Of a stretch of 64,000 nt of DNA, positions 9,416 to 18,679 are shown piece after piece. Numbering within the stretch: the stretch's first letter is position 1; every line of letters begins with the position of its first letter. The notes under the pieces were generated by a model, which saw only the letters and a list, made by a program, of their open reading frames with translations, did not search any database and was not told the origin of the DNA. Source of the DNA: Magnetospiraceae bacterium (lineage in GTDB: Bacteria; Pseudomonadota; Alphaproteobacteria; Rhodospirillales; JBMYUJ01); NCBI GenBank assembly GCA_049605255.1, contig JBMYUJ010000001.1, positions 25,486 through 89,485 on the forward strand. The letters run 5' to 3'. Position numbers and translations under genes: made by a program.

Positions 9416-10798
9416 TCAGGTGATAACGGTCCCGAAAGAGTCCCCAATCTCCCCGTTGTCTACGGGCACGATTTGTATGTCGCTGGAGGCTTCTGGCTTT
9501 TCGTCGTTGATGCCGTACCGCTTGAACAATTCGGAAAGTTTAGGGTTCTCGGAAACAGGTACTACGTAAATTCCGTTGCTCTTGTGCGTGCGAATGGCGA
9601 GCTTGGTCCGGATCACCGCGCCGATGAACCGGCTGGAGATCGGCGCGCGGTATTCGTCGCCATGGCGGTCGCGGAACCGCGCGGCGATGTCTTTCAGCCT
9701 GACGGCGCCGTCACCTTGCAGGTCGTGGATGATTTCCAGCACCTGGGCTTCGATGGCCATGCCGCGCTCCTCGGCGAGACGGGCGTTGTTGTCGGTTTGG
9801 CGTTCGATCAGTTCGTCACGTACCGCTTCGTCAGCGGTGACGCTGAGCAGGGGCAGGTAAATCTGGTTGATGCGGTTGTCGACGGCTGGATTGGCCAGCT
9901 CCGCCTCGATGGCGGTCTTATGGAAATTACGGAAGCGGCAGAGCAGAAGCTTGTTGCGCAATGCCAGGGCTTCCGTTTCGTAGGCATCGGGCAGGTTCAG
10001 CGGGATCTCTGCACGCAAGGAACCAGTGCGTGTTTCCTCGGTGATGCAACGGCTTTCAAGTGCCTGATCTTCGTACTGGCCACGACCAGCGATGATCTTG
10101 GGCCCGAAGACAGAGAAGGCGCGCGGGTCGAATTCCCGGTTCTTGTTCATCATGGTCCGCAGAATCGGAATGCCGCGCACGTTGCCGGCATTCAGGATCT
10201 TCACCACATCAGCTTTCTCGTCCGAGAACCGAAAATCCGCCTCGTCCAGGATCAGGGTGCCCTTGAAGGTGTCCAGCAGGTGGAATAGGGGTGAGACCGT
10301 CGAGGCTCCATTGGCGAAGATGGGTTTGTAGCAGAGCGATCCGACGATCAGCAGAAAACGGGTCTTGCCGGTGCCGTAATCGCCGCGCAGGCGTAGATAT
10401 GGCAGCTCGTTGAACCGGTCGTGGAGCCAGGTCAGCAGGACATACCGGCAAGCCAACCGGGTGAATTCGGGCGTCAGGTCAACGTAGCGGGCGATGAAGC
10501 CCTCGATCTCGGCGATCAGGTCTGCCTCCGTGCCGTAATCCTCTGGCTCGGTGGGCAGAAGCACCACCTTCTGCCTCACCACCGTGTTGCCGGGCGCGTA
10601 GGGGCGAAAGGCCTTGCCCCGGATACTCAGGCTTTTCTCCAGCGACCAGTCGGTGCCATCCCAAACGGCGAAGGCGGTTTTACCCTCGGTCTCGTCGTAA
10701 ACCATCTCGGCCACGGTGCCGTCATCGAGCACCAGCGAAACTGCGGGTGTCGCATCGTCCTTGCAGCTATTTTCTTTCTTGTTTGAGGAATTGTCCAC
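9416..10798 (-). CDS. P-loop NTPase/helicase-like replication protein of integrative element
   Basis: Walker A GDYGTGKT, Walker B LILDEAD, ALESRCI arginine finger; start approximate. Confidence 0.7.
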   Translation of the reverse strand: MDNSSNKKENSCKDDATPAVSLVLDDGTVAEMVYDETEGKTAFAVWDGTDWSLEKSLSIRGKAFRPYAPGNTVVRQKVVLLPTEPEDYGTEADLIAEIEGFIARYVDLTPEFTRLACRYVLLTWLHDRFNELPYLRLRGDYGTGKTRFLLIVGSLCYKPIFANGASTVSPLFHLLDTFKGTLILDEADFRFSDEKADVVKILNAGNVRGIPILRTMMNKNREFDPRAFSVFGPKIIAGRGQYEDQALESRCITEETRTGSLRAEIPLNLPDAYETEALALRNKLLLCRFRNFHKTAIEAELANPAVDNRINQIYLPLLSVTADEAVRDELIERQTDNNARLAEERGMAIEAQVLEIIHDLQGDGAVRLKDIAARFRDRHGDEYRAPISSRFIGAVIRTKLAIRTHKSNGIYVVPVSENPKLSELFKRYGINDEKPEASSDIQIVPVDNGEIGDSFGTVIT

Positions 10799-10906
10799 GC
10801 TCACAGGATACCGCTTGGCGGTAGGCCGAAAGAAGACCGGGTAACCTGCTATCGGAGCCAAGCACCTCGGTCTTTTGGCTGAGCGCATGGACGGTACGAT
10901 GTCACC

Positions 10907-11056
10907 ATGTCAAAGAAGAAATCGATTGAAGACAAAAGGCTTTTGAAACACCTGACCCGTTGTGGCCGGGAGTGGCGGAAGCTCAAACGCAAGGGCAAGA
11001 ACCCGTGGGAGAGCGATTCGCGTGAATCTGGCGGTCGTGGTAGGATTCGACTCTAA
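10907..11056 (+). CDS. Small basic hypothetical protein (49 aa)
   Basis: Hand-translated MSKKKSIEDKRLLKHLTRCGREWRKLKRKG..., directly upstream of the recombinase. Confidence 0.35.
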   Translation: MSKKKSIEDKRLLKHLTRCGREWRKLKRKGKNPWESDSRESGGRGRIRL

Positions 11057-11067
11057 TTTTTCCGACC

Positions 11068-12648
11068 ATGAGGTACTTCGTCTATTGCCGTAAGTCCTCG
11101 GAATCCGAGGATCGCCAAGTGCTTTCTATCGAGTCTCAACGGTCGGAGATCACGCGGCAGTTCTCTGACCGCGATGACATCACAATCGTCGATACCTTCG
11201 AGGAATCCCAAAGCGCCAAACAGCCAGGCCGGCCCAAGTTCGACGACATGCTCCGCCGTCTGGAAAAGGGCGAGGCTGACGGCATCATTGCCTGGCACCC
11301 GGACCGGCTGGCCCGCAATTCCATCGACGGCGGCCGGATCATCTTCCTGCTGGATCAGGGGCGGCTGAAGGATATGCACTTCGCCACCTTCACCTTCGAG
11401 AACAACCCCCAGGGCAAGTTCATGTTGTCCATCATTTTCGGCTACTCGAAATACTACGTGGATAGCCTGAGCGAGAACGTGAAGCGCGGCAACCGGACCA
11501 AGGTAGAAAAAGGATGGCGGCCGAACCGCGCGCCCATCGGCTACCTTAACGACAAGGAAAGCGGCACGATCATCCCGGATCCGGAGCGTTATCCGCTGGT
11601 GAAATCCATGTGGCGGATGCTCCTGGACGCAGGGAAACGCCCCAGTGAAATCGCCCGCATCGCCCGAGACGAATGGGGCCTGACCACCCGGCAGAAGAAA
11701 GCTGGTGCTGAAAAGTCGCTGAGCCTGAGCCACGTCTACGCCATTTTCGACAACGTATTTTACGCGGGCCTGATCTTATGGGACGGACGCATTCACCTGG
11801 GCAAACACCCGCCCATGGTAACGGTCGAGGAATACGAGCGTGCACAGGCGATCCTAGGAAGGCCACTTCAGCGGCGACCGAAACGGCGATCATTCGCCTT
11901 CACTGGCCTGATAAGGTGCGGTGCCTGTGGCCAGGCCGTGACTGCCGAACACAAGGTCAACCGTTTCGGATCGGAATACGACTATTACCATTGCACCCGC
12001 CGCAAACGGCCGAAATGCCAGGAACGTTCCGTTGAGGCGAAAGACCTTGCAAAGCAGCTCCACGCTTACCTTCATACCATTGAGCTTCCCCAAGCTTTCC
12101 ACGATTGGGCGCTTGGAGAATTGGACGAGCGGTCGCGCGACGCCACCACTCGTCGAATCCAGGGCACGAAATCCTTGGAGGCAGCGGCAGCCGCAATTGA
12201 TAAGAAGATAGTCGCCCTGACTGACATGCGCATCGCGAGCCTGATTGACGACACCGAATTTTCAATAAAACGTAGAGAGCTGGATTTGGAGCGACATGCC
12301 CTTGAAGAACGGCAAAAAGCCGAGAAGCCCGAAAACTTGTTCGAACCCACCAAGGATGTCGTTTCGTTCATGAACCACGCCAGATCTTGGTTTGAAGACG
12401 GCGATGACGAGGCGAAGCGGTTGGTGCTCCAAGTCGTCGGTTCGAACCTTTTGCTAAAAGGCAAGAAGATCAACGTTCAAGCGAAAAAGCCGTTCCGCCA
12501 GTTCAACGGATGGTCTGATTTTTCAAAACTGTGCACCTTGGTGAAGGACGTTCGAACCCTGGCAAACGACGACGAGTTCAGAAATGACTTGGCGAGGATC
12601 AGAAGTCTTCAGGCAAAATTTTCAGCGAAATGCCGGGACTGTAAATAG
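11068..12648 (+). CDS. Large serine recombinase
   Basis: YCRKSS catalytic Ser, DRLARN, recombinase domain, CGACG...YYHC...C zinc ribbon, coiled coil. Confidence 0.92.
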   Translation: MRYFVYCRKSSESEDRQVLSIESQRSEITRQFSDRDDITIVDTFEESQSAKQPGRPKFDDMLRRLEKGEADGIIAWHPDRLARNSIDGGRIIFLLDQGRLKDMHFATFTFENNPQGKFMLSIIFGYSKYYVDSLSENVKRGNRTKVEKGWRPNRAPIGYLNDKESGTIIPDPERYPLVKSMWRMLLDAGKRPSEIARIARDEWGLTTRQKKAGAEKSLSLSHVYAIFDNVFYAGLILWDGRIHLGKHPPMVTVEEYERAQAILGRPLQRRPKRRSFAFTGLIRCGACGQAVTAEHKVNRFGSEYDYYHCTRRKRPKCQERSVEAKDLAKQLHAYLHTIELPQAFHDWALGELDERSRDATTRRIQGTKSLEAAAAAIDKKIVALTDMRIASLIDDTEFSIKRRELDLERHALEERQKAEKPENLFEPTKDVVSFMNHARSWFEDGDDEAKRLVLQVVGSNLLLKGKKINVQAKKPFRQFNGWSDFSKLCTLVKDVRTLANDDEFRNDLARIRSLQAKFSAKCRDCK

Positions 12649-12769
12649 CACCGTATAGCGTGAGCAACCGGTCGCCCATTTCCCGCGCTTCCTCCAAGGG
12701 AATATCCTCTGCGAATTCTTTTTGGTAAATCGCGCGGAATTGTTCTAACGATTCGTCCGACAAAGGCAT
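12599..12769 (-). CDS. Small hypothetical protein (56 aa), convergent with recombinase
   Basis: Hand-translated MPLSDESLEQFRAIYQKEFAEDIPLEEAREMGDRLLTLYGAIY...; preceded by the shared island motif. Confidence 0.6.
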   Translation of the reverse strand: MPLSDESLEQFRAIYQKEFAEDIPLEEAREMGDRLLTLYGAIYSPGISLKILPEDF

Positions 12770-13056
12770 GCATAGCTAGGGTGAGGCATCATAGTGGTAT
12801 TTTACAGACCGAGAAACCTGACTGGCATGACAGCTTTCCCGTCTACATTGCCTTGTGTATTGTCAATCGGCATTGAATCTTGATCCAATTCACACCCATG
12901 GTAACGGTAAAGAAAAAGCCGACATGCAGTGTTTTGCAGTCGGCTGATTAAAACGTATTAAGTTCAAGTATTGCCAATCAAAGTGCCTCTTTTGCTTCTG
13001 GCTATACCTATTTAGTTCTGCCTAGGTACGTTTATTCTCGCCTTCCAAACGGATTG

Positions 13057-13389
13057 TCAATCCGAACTTGCGAAGTAAAAACCAAGGACCGTTCCAAAAA
13101 TTCCTACAACGGGTGTCAAAAGTTCCAAAGTCGCTTTACCGACCACCTTAATTTGCTCAGACTGGCTTTCTGAAGAATCGCAACCGCCATCACAGCCTGC
13201 GACAATTACGTATCCAATCAGCCCCATACCAATTAGGACGATAGCTGCAAGAACAACAAATATCCCTACGGCTAACCACTTCCTAACAGAGTCACGACCG
13301 GGTCCAACTCCATCAATGCGTTCACGCAATGCGTTGTATTCATTGCGTTGCGCTTGTGGAGTGGCATCATCACCTCTGCTTTCTGGCAT
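13057..13389 (-). CDS. Two-TM membrane protein
   Basis: Two hydrophobic segments ending GTVLGFYF; AGGAG SD. Confidence 0.65.
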   Translation of the reverse strand: MPESRGDDATPQAQRNEYNALRERIDGVGPGRDSVRKWLAVGIFVVLAAIVLIGMGLIGYVIVAGCDGGCDSSESQSEQIKVVGKATLELLTPVVGIFGTVLGFYFASSD

Positions 13390-13417
13390 GTTGCGCTCCT
13401 TCAGAATAGCTATTCAC

Positions 13418-13663
13418 TCAGTACACGTCGGCTAAACGTGCATGGATATGTTCCTCGGTTTGTTCCGGTGAAGCTTGCGAAATTGTCTCCTCTAAAGAAG
13501 CAATTACTCGACGGTACTTTTTCTGCTCCTCATGTACCCACTTGAATACATTAAGAGCACGGCGAACAATTTCAGCTTCTGTCACATGATCCTCTTCGGC
13601 CAGGGCCTCTAGAATTCGTGCCATCTCCGGCGAAAACCGAAAATTTTTTCTGGCGTCACTCAT
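13418..13663 (-). CDS. Ribbon-helix-helix (CopG-like) protein
   Basis: RKNFRFSPE...LEALAE...TEAEIVRRAL; GGAGG SD. Confidence 0.65.
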   Translation of the reverse strand: MSDARKNFRFSPEMARILEALAEEDHVTEAEIVRRALNVFKWVHEEQKKYRRVIASLEETISQASPEQTEEHIHARLADVY

Positions 13664-14126
13664 CACAATTTTACCTCCGTTTTCACAAGACAAAGACCAA
13701 CGGGGCATCTACGCCCACATAGCCTCAACGCAGCGACACAAGCCTCGTCAGTACGGACGAGTATCATTTCTAGATTTCGTTCGCCCAAACTCTAGAAACC
13801 ATTGCTTCATTTTGGTTTTAGCAACGTCTTGATCCGCCGCAGAACCTGGTGAAGTGAAGCGCAATACATACATCAACCTCATGATCAAGTTTCCTCCCAT
13901 TGCTGTGTATAGACCTATCCTGCGTCAATTATATGTCAAAACTATGTCTTTTTCAATCCGCTGCACTGTGCCAAGGCCTTCTTTGACCCCTAGCCAGTGG
14001 AGGTCGAAAAAACACTCTAGGCTCACCCCCAAGAACCGCTCTATCCTTTCTTTAGGTTGAGGTATATCCATGAGGCAACTGGAGGATGGACGCCTAAGAG
14101 GTGTCAAAAATACATCACATCGACGC

Positions 14127-14155
14127 TTGCTAGACGTCTTTTTAATGGGTATAAT
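14127..14155 (+). promoter_or_regulatory. Sigma70-type promoter
   Basis: TTGCTA-N17-TATAAT upstream of the 14224 ORF. Confidence 0.6.
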
Positions 14156-14223
14156 GTGGCCCGTCAACTAGAATCGGCAATTATTGAGGGGAATGTCGCA
14201 CCAAACCAAAGGGAGACCCTGGA

Positions 14224-14859
14224 ATGATCGAGAAAGCCCTTTCCCCGCCGGAATCCATCGAAGTTCGGCTTCACCGCCGCCTACAGCGTTGCGTTAACCC
14301 CGATGAGGCTCAACACGCTAGAATTTGCGGCGAAGTCCTGGCTCTTGCTGAAGCTGCGATGCGGGATCCAGCTAACCTTGCCATCCAGCAGGCAGAAAGA
14401 GGAGTTACTGCTCTAACAAGTTTTCAGGACCTCGTAGAAATTGTATCTCCAACAGGCAAGCGAGAAATTGTTGTAAACGCAGTCTGGAGATTTATTAGTC
14501 GGGCAAGGCGCAAACAGTGCGGCCATATTGTTCGCCTAATGGACGACGTCTCAAGCATCAAGATTCAGCGCCAAGCAGCAAGAAACTTGAACCAAATCAA
14601 AAAGATCAGTCATATGGCTTACGATGACGCCATTGCCGTTCTCAAACATCCTGGAGAACAGGCTGAGGCCGCGCTACTAGATCCGAGGAAAAGAATCTTC
14701 GCCGTCCGCCGCATTGGCCGGATCGCGAGTACAGTGTACGGTATTGGCAGATTCCGCCCCAGGGCGGGGGTGTTCGAGTTGGGTAGTGTATTCCTAATGG
14801 AACACGGTGTATCTCCCGCTGGTATGTGGGAGAAAATAATCGCAATGAAAGCTGGGTAA
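14224..14859 (+). CDS. Hypothetical protein
   Basis: 211 aa ORF with its own promoter, GGGAG SD and downstream terminator. Confidence 0.55.
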   Translation: MIEKALSPPESIEVRLHRRLQRCVNPDEAQHARICGEVLALAEAAMRDPANLAIQQAERGVTALTSFQDLVEIVSPTGKREIVVNAVWRFISRARRKQCGHIVRLMDDVSSIKIQRQAARNLNQIKKISHMAYDDAIAVLKHPGEQAEAALLDPRKRIFAVRRIGRIASTVYGIGRFRPRAGVFELGSVFLMEHGVSPAGMWEKIIAMKAG

Positions 14860-14906
14860 TTGACAGGTGTTTATTAAACCCTTTGGGGCCGAGACCGGCA
14901 AGCGCA

Positions 14907-14955
14907 AGAGGCCGAAACTACTCTAATAAAGCAAGTTTCGGTCTCTTTCTTTTTT
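14907..14955 (+). terminator. Intrinsic terminator
   Basis: 13-bp stem AGAGGCCGAAACT/AGTTTCGGTCTCT plus T-run. Confidence 0.6.
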
Positions 14956-14977
14956 GATATTCTGACAACAGAATGAG

Positions 14978-16089
14978 GTGATGGAAGCTGATCCAATCAC
15001 CTACATCGGTCACACCAACGCACGGAAGCCATATCGTCGATTCGGCATCCGCCAAAATGATCGGCCCTCCCATTTTTACATCATCGGTCGAACGGGTGTC
15101 GGCAAATCAACAATGCTGGAGTACATGTCCCGGCAGGACATGGAGAACGGCGAGGGCCTCACCCTTCTCGATCCCCACGGAGACCTTGTGCGCCGGCTAG
15201 CGGCGATGGTTCCGGAATATCGAAGCGACGACGTGGTATATTTCGATGTGACCGATCCGGAGCAGCCCTATGGCTACAACCCCTTGCGCCGGATCGCACC
15301 TGAGCGCCGCGCTCTTGCGGCCTCCGGCATGATGGAGGTATTTCGAAAGCTTTGGGGCGAACGTGCCTGGGGGCAACGGATGGAGTACATTTTCCGAAAC
15401 GTACTCCTGGCCCTCTTGGATCAGCCCAGGGCCGACTTGACTGACGTTCAGCGTCTCTTGCTGAATAAGGATTGTCGTCTTCGTGCGGCCCAAAATGTCA
15501 CCCATCCGCCGGTTCGCGATTTCTGGCTCAAGGAGTACCCCAAGTACACTTACCGGTACCGAGCCGAAGCCATTGCCCCGATCCAGAGCAAGATCGGGGC
15601 CTTCCTTGCTGATCCGCGATTGCACCGAATTTTTGTGGAGCCGGAAAGACCGCTCTCCCTCCGAAAGATCATGGACAAGAACAAGGTCCTGCTAGTCAAT
15701 CTCAGCATCGGCCAGATCGGCGCGGACGCAGCGGCGTTGCTTGGTGGTTTACTGGTCACAACCGTCGGCTTGGCCGCTATGAGCCGGGCCGATACGCTCG
15801 AAACTCAACGCCGGCGCCATTGGCTCTATGTGGATGAGTTCCAGTCCTTCACCACGCTGTCGATGGCAAACATGCTCGCCGAGCTACGCAAATACAGCGT
15901 CGGCATGATCATGAGCCACCAGTACCTACACCAGCTCGATCCGGATATCCGCCACGCGGTTCTCGGCAACGCGGGGACGGTAGTCTCGTTCAGGCTCGGG
16001 GCTGAGGACGCCTCGATCCTTGCACGTGAGTTGGCGCCGGTCTTCTCAGCCGCCGACCTGATCAACCTTCCGAACTACGACATGGCGCT
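14978..16089 (+). pseudogene. VirD4/TraD-like coupling ATPase, 5' part, split by prophage
   Basis: GRTGVGKS, LLDPHGD, LYVDEFQ, ELRKY, HQYLHQL; frame resumes at 59896. Confidence 0.9.
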
Positions 16090-16096
16090 TGTTAGG

Positions 16097-16262
16097 GGAC
16101 ACTAGGTTTTGAAGTAACCGGGATATGGTGGCATTTAATGGCACATAACGAAATAGGGTTTGGTTCTCAACGGTTTAACCTGTCACCCCCACCCCCCGGC
16201 GCGATTTTTGGTTTTTGAAGTGGCTTCGAAAAAATCGCGGTTTCGGACACTTGATTTTGAAG
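16097..16262 (+). repeat. Left-end putative transposase binding sites
   Basis: GGACACTAGGTTTTGAAG (16097-16114), ...GGTTTTTGAAG (ends 16220), GGACACTTGATTTTGAAG (16245-16262). Confidence 0.8.
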
Positions 16263-16269
16263 CGGAAAA

Positions 16270-16713
16270 TCAAAAGATATCCCACCATTCGACGGGTTCC
16301 GCCTTGTGGGGGATACCCTGATCCGGGAGCCAAACCCTATACTCCAGATCGCCCGGCCCGCACGTGAGGCGGATGCGGGTTCCGTAGTGATCCCGCCCCT
16401 CTACATAGCCGCGAACGGCGCTGGCGCAGCTATAACCCAACAAACGCAGAAATTTTTCGCTGTACCCGAGAACACTATCAAGGGAAGCCGACAGAGTTAA
16501 CCCAACAGGGAGGCGGCTTGCCGCAACGGATGGACTGTAATTAGCGCTCGTAAGAATTTCTATTTCTTTTAAAATATCGGTACTGGCTTCCTGCGGACTA
16601 CGTGTTTTTGCAGAATTATAAGCAAAAAAACCAATTATTCCAAAAACGACTATAATATAAATAATTGCTTTTAAACCGAATTTGCTTTCAGCGTCTTTTT
16701 CTTCCCCGCTCAT
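16270..16713 (-). CDS. Membrane-anchored moron protein
   Basis: Low GC, one N-terminal TM, downstream of the repressor. Confidence 0.65.
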   Translation of the reverse strand: MSGEEKDAESKFGLKAIIYIIVVFGIIGFFAYNSAKTRSPQEASTDILKEIEILTSANYSPSVAASRLPVGLTLSASLDSVLGYSEKFLRLLGYSCASAVRGYVEGRDHYGTRIRLTCGPGDLEYRVWLPDQGIPHKAEPVEWWDIF

Positions 16714-16722
16714 TATTCTGTC

Positions 16723-16992
16723 CTAATTATTAAAGTTTGGGGGTGGTAGCGTTTCGAGAGACGCCCTCAAATCATTGCTACTCAGGGGGTTTTGGCCAAA
16801 TAATTTTGTTTCGTAAACAGGGATTAGGTCGATAGGTTTGCGGGCACCGAAGAAGTAACCATCCTCTGTAAGCCGATAAATGGGGATAAGGTCATTGTTT
16901 TCATTATCCTTTGTCTTTGAAAAATCGGCCCTATTGTCATTTGAGGCGATAGAACGGTTTATGATTTTCTCGTATATTGATTTTTTCTTCAT
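16723..16992 (-). CDS. Hypothetical moron protein
   Basis: Low GC, 89 aa, internal repeat DLIPIY/DLIPVY. Confidence 0.5.
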   Translation of the reverse strand: MKKKSIYEKIINRSIASNDNRADFSKTKDNENNDLIPIYRLTEDGYFFGARKPIDLIPVYETKLFGQNPLSSNDLRASLETLPPPNFNN

Positions 16993-17015
16993 CGGATATT
17001 TTCCAAAAATGCTTT

Positions 17016-17525
17016 TTAATCATCTTCACCCCCGAAGGCGATGGTCACGCCCTCGATTTCAATATCGTCTGATTCCTCTTCGTCTGTTTCCTCTTTGTTC
17101 TCACCTACCAAGAGTATCCGATACAGATCGAGAATCAACTCCGATTTGCGCGGAATAGACATGGTTTCCCCTTTGATTTGCTCTTGTTGGTGCGCGCTGT
17201 GAATGGCGTTTTGCAAGGTTTTCAGGTCGATATCGGCGGAAACCTGCGTTTTCTCGCTGAGTTTGCGAGGGCCCTTGCCGGTGGCGATCCAATCCAACGA
17301 AACATCTGCCGCGCGAGATAGCGCAACCAAGGCGAAAAACGCTGGTTTCGATTTTCCGTCTCGCCATCGAGCCAACTGTTCTTCGGTTTCCTTGATGAAA
17401 GAAGCCGCATTTTTGAGGCCACCCAAATCCGATATGATCGAAGAAATGCGGACTCCCAGTTCCCTAGTGTAACTGGGAATCTCAGGTCCCGGATCTTCTT
17501 GGGCCTTAATAGCTCTGTTAACCAT
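17016..17525 (-). CDS. Prophage repressor (XRE HTH)
   Basis: QLARWRDGKSKP...ADVSLDWIATGKGP; divergent from ner-like gene. Confidence 0.8.
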   Translation of the reverse strand: MVNRAIKAQEDPGPEIPSYTRELGVRISSIISDLGGLKNAASFIKETEEQLARWRDGKSKPAFFALVALSRAADVSLDWIATGKGPRKLSEKTQVSADIDLKTLQNAIHSAHQQEQIKGETMSIPRKSELILDLYRILLVGENKEETDEEESDDIEIEGVTIAFGGEDD

Positions 17526-17598
17526 CTGTTTTTATTAGATAATCGCTTTTTTTCGGTAGGACATGACAAAAATTCGAACTGGGACTCGATTTTTTGCG

Positions 17599-17627
17599 TT
17601 TACTGACCGAATAAATGCGCCTATCCT
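17599..17627 (+). promoter_or_regulatory. Putative early promoter
   Basis: TTTACT-N17-TATCCT in the repressor/ner divergent region. Confidence 0.4.
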
Positions 17628-17693
17628 CCCTCAAATAATTGAGACACACGACGTTTAAAAAACCGGCCTGGCCGCCGGGGAATCGAGGATCGT

Positions 17694-17987
17694 ATGGAAT
17701 CGGATTGGCGCTGGTGGCGGGTGCTGGGGGAGCTGCGGGAACGGGGGCTGGATATTACGACCCTCGCCGAACGCCACGGCTACTCCAAGTTCGCGTTGTT
17801 CCGGGTCAAGCTTGACCCTTATCACGAACCGCAAACCATCATCGCCCAGGCCCTGGGGCTGACCCCCCAGGAAATCTGGCCATCCCGGTATCATCGTGAT
17901 GGCTCTCCGGTCTCTCCGACCCTCTGGAAACTTAAACATAGCAATCGGGCGCCCAGCGGTCATCGTCAAAAAAGCAAGGTGGCGTAG
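17694..17987 (+). CDS. ner: Ner-like transcriptional regulator
   Basis: LRERGLDITTLA...IIAQALGLTPQEIWPSRY. Confidence 0.85.
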   Translation: MESDWRWWRVLGELRERGLDITTLAERHGYSKFALFRVKLDPYHEPQTIIAQALGLTPQEIWPSRYHRDGSPVSPTLWKLKHSNRAPSGHRQKSKVA

Positions 17988-17990
17988 ACG

Positions 17991-18200
17991 ATGGACAAGC
18001 GCCCCAATATTTTTGTCCGATTTGCCGCCCGGATTCTTCGTCCGGTGATCAGGGAGGCGATCCGTCAGGATCGCTCTCGTTTTGACCAAGCGTCAACTGG
18101 AACAAATCTTGAATCTCCTGAGCGACTTCGTCAGGCGTTGCTTGCTGAAGCCAGGAATGAAGAGCGCGTTGCCGCTCGGGTCCGGCGTCAATGCTCATGA
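17991..18200 (+). CDS. Early hypothetical protein
   Basis: Starts 4 nt after ner stop; first member of the coupled chain. Confidence 0.45.
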   Translation: MDKRPNIFVRFAARILRPVIREAIRQDRSRFDQASTGTNLESPERLRQALLAEARNEERVAARVRRQCS

Positions 18201-18483
18201 TTGCCTGGGTCACCATAACGCGGCGCGGATCAGGCCTTGGTGTCTCGTCGAGGTCCCGGAACAAGGCCTCCAGAATGCCGACGCTACCGGCCATGATTGG
18301 CCCCACCCTTTTGTCGGTGGCCCCCGCCAAGACAGTGGCAGCCATGAGGGATTTCAACAGATCATTAGGTGCTATGGCCTGGGCTCGAACAAGCTCTACA
18401 GCAAGGCCAATCATCAACCATTTATTGGCGTCGGATTTTGCCCGTAGCATTGCAAGTTCTTTCCTAAGTTCAATCTCATCCAT
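18049..18483 (-). CDS. Antisense hypothetical protein (144 aa)
   Basis: GAAAGGG SD, MDEIELRKELAMLRAK..., protein-like helical composition. Confidence 0.6.
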   Translation of the reverse strand: MDEIELRKELAMLRAKSDANKWLMIGLAVELVRAQAIAPNDLLKSLMAATVLAGATDKRVGPIMAGSVGILEALFRDLDETPRPDPRRVMVTQAIMSIDAGPERQRALHSWLQQATPDEVAQEIQDLFQLTLGQNESDPDGSPP

Positions 18484-18679
18484 TCTAATTTCCCTTTCTG
18501 GTCGTTGTGGTGACACCAGTTTAGGGAAATACCGGCGGTGCGCCATCCATACTGCGCGCCGCGCCTCCGTCTCCGGGGCTTCTGGAGACGCCTCCCTGTC
18601 AAACCTGGCGCTCTGTCCTTCGGCTTCGGCCCAAGGCCAGGGCGCCTTTTTCTTTTCTCGAACCGGAGACCGCCCGTGA
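18197..18679 (+). CDS. Possible bridging ORF 1
   Basis: ATGA overlap upstream, GTGA overlap with ParB-like gene; shadow-like composition. Confidence 0.3.
   Translation: MIAWVTITRRGSGLGVSSRSRNKASRMPTLPAMIGPTLLSVAPAKTVAAMRDFNRSLGAMAWARTSSTARPIINHLLASDFARSIASSFLSSISSILISLSGRCGDTSLGKYRRCAIHTARRASVSGASGDASLSNLALCPSASAQGQGAFFFSRTGDRP

Noticed and set aside
12528-12560. GTTCGAACC near the recombinase 3' end as a tRNA-derived att site
   Set aside because: Similarity to the tRNA-Thr 3' end is too weak; no real duplication was found in the window.
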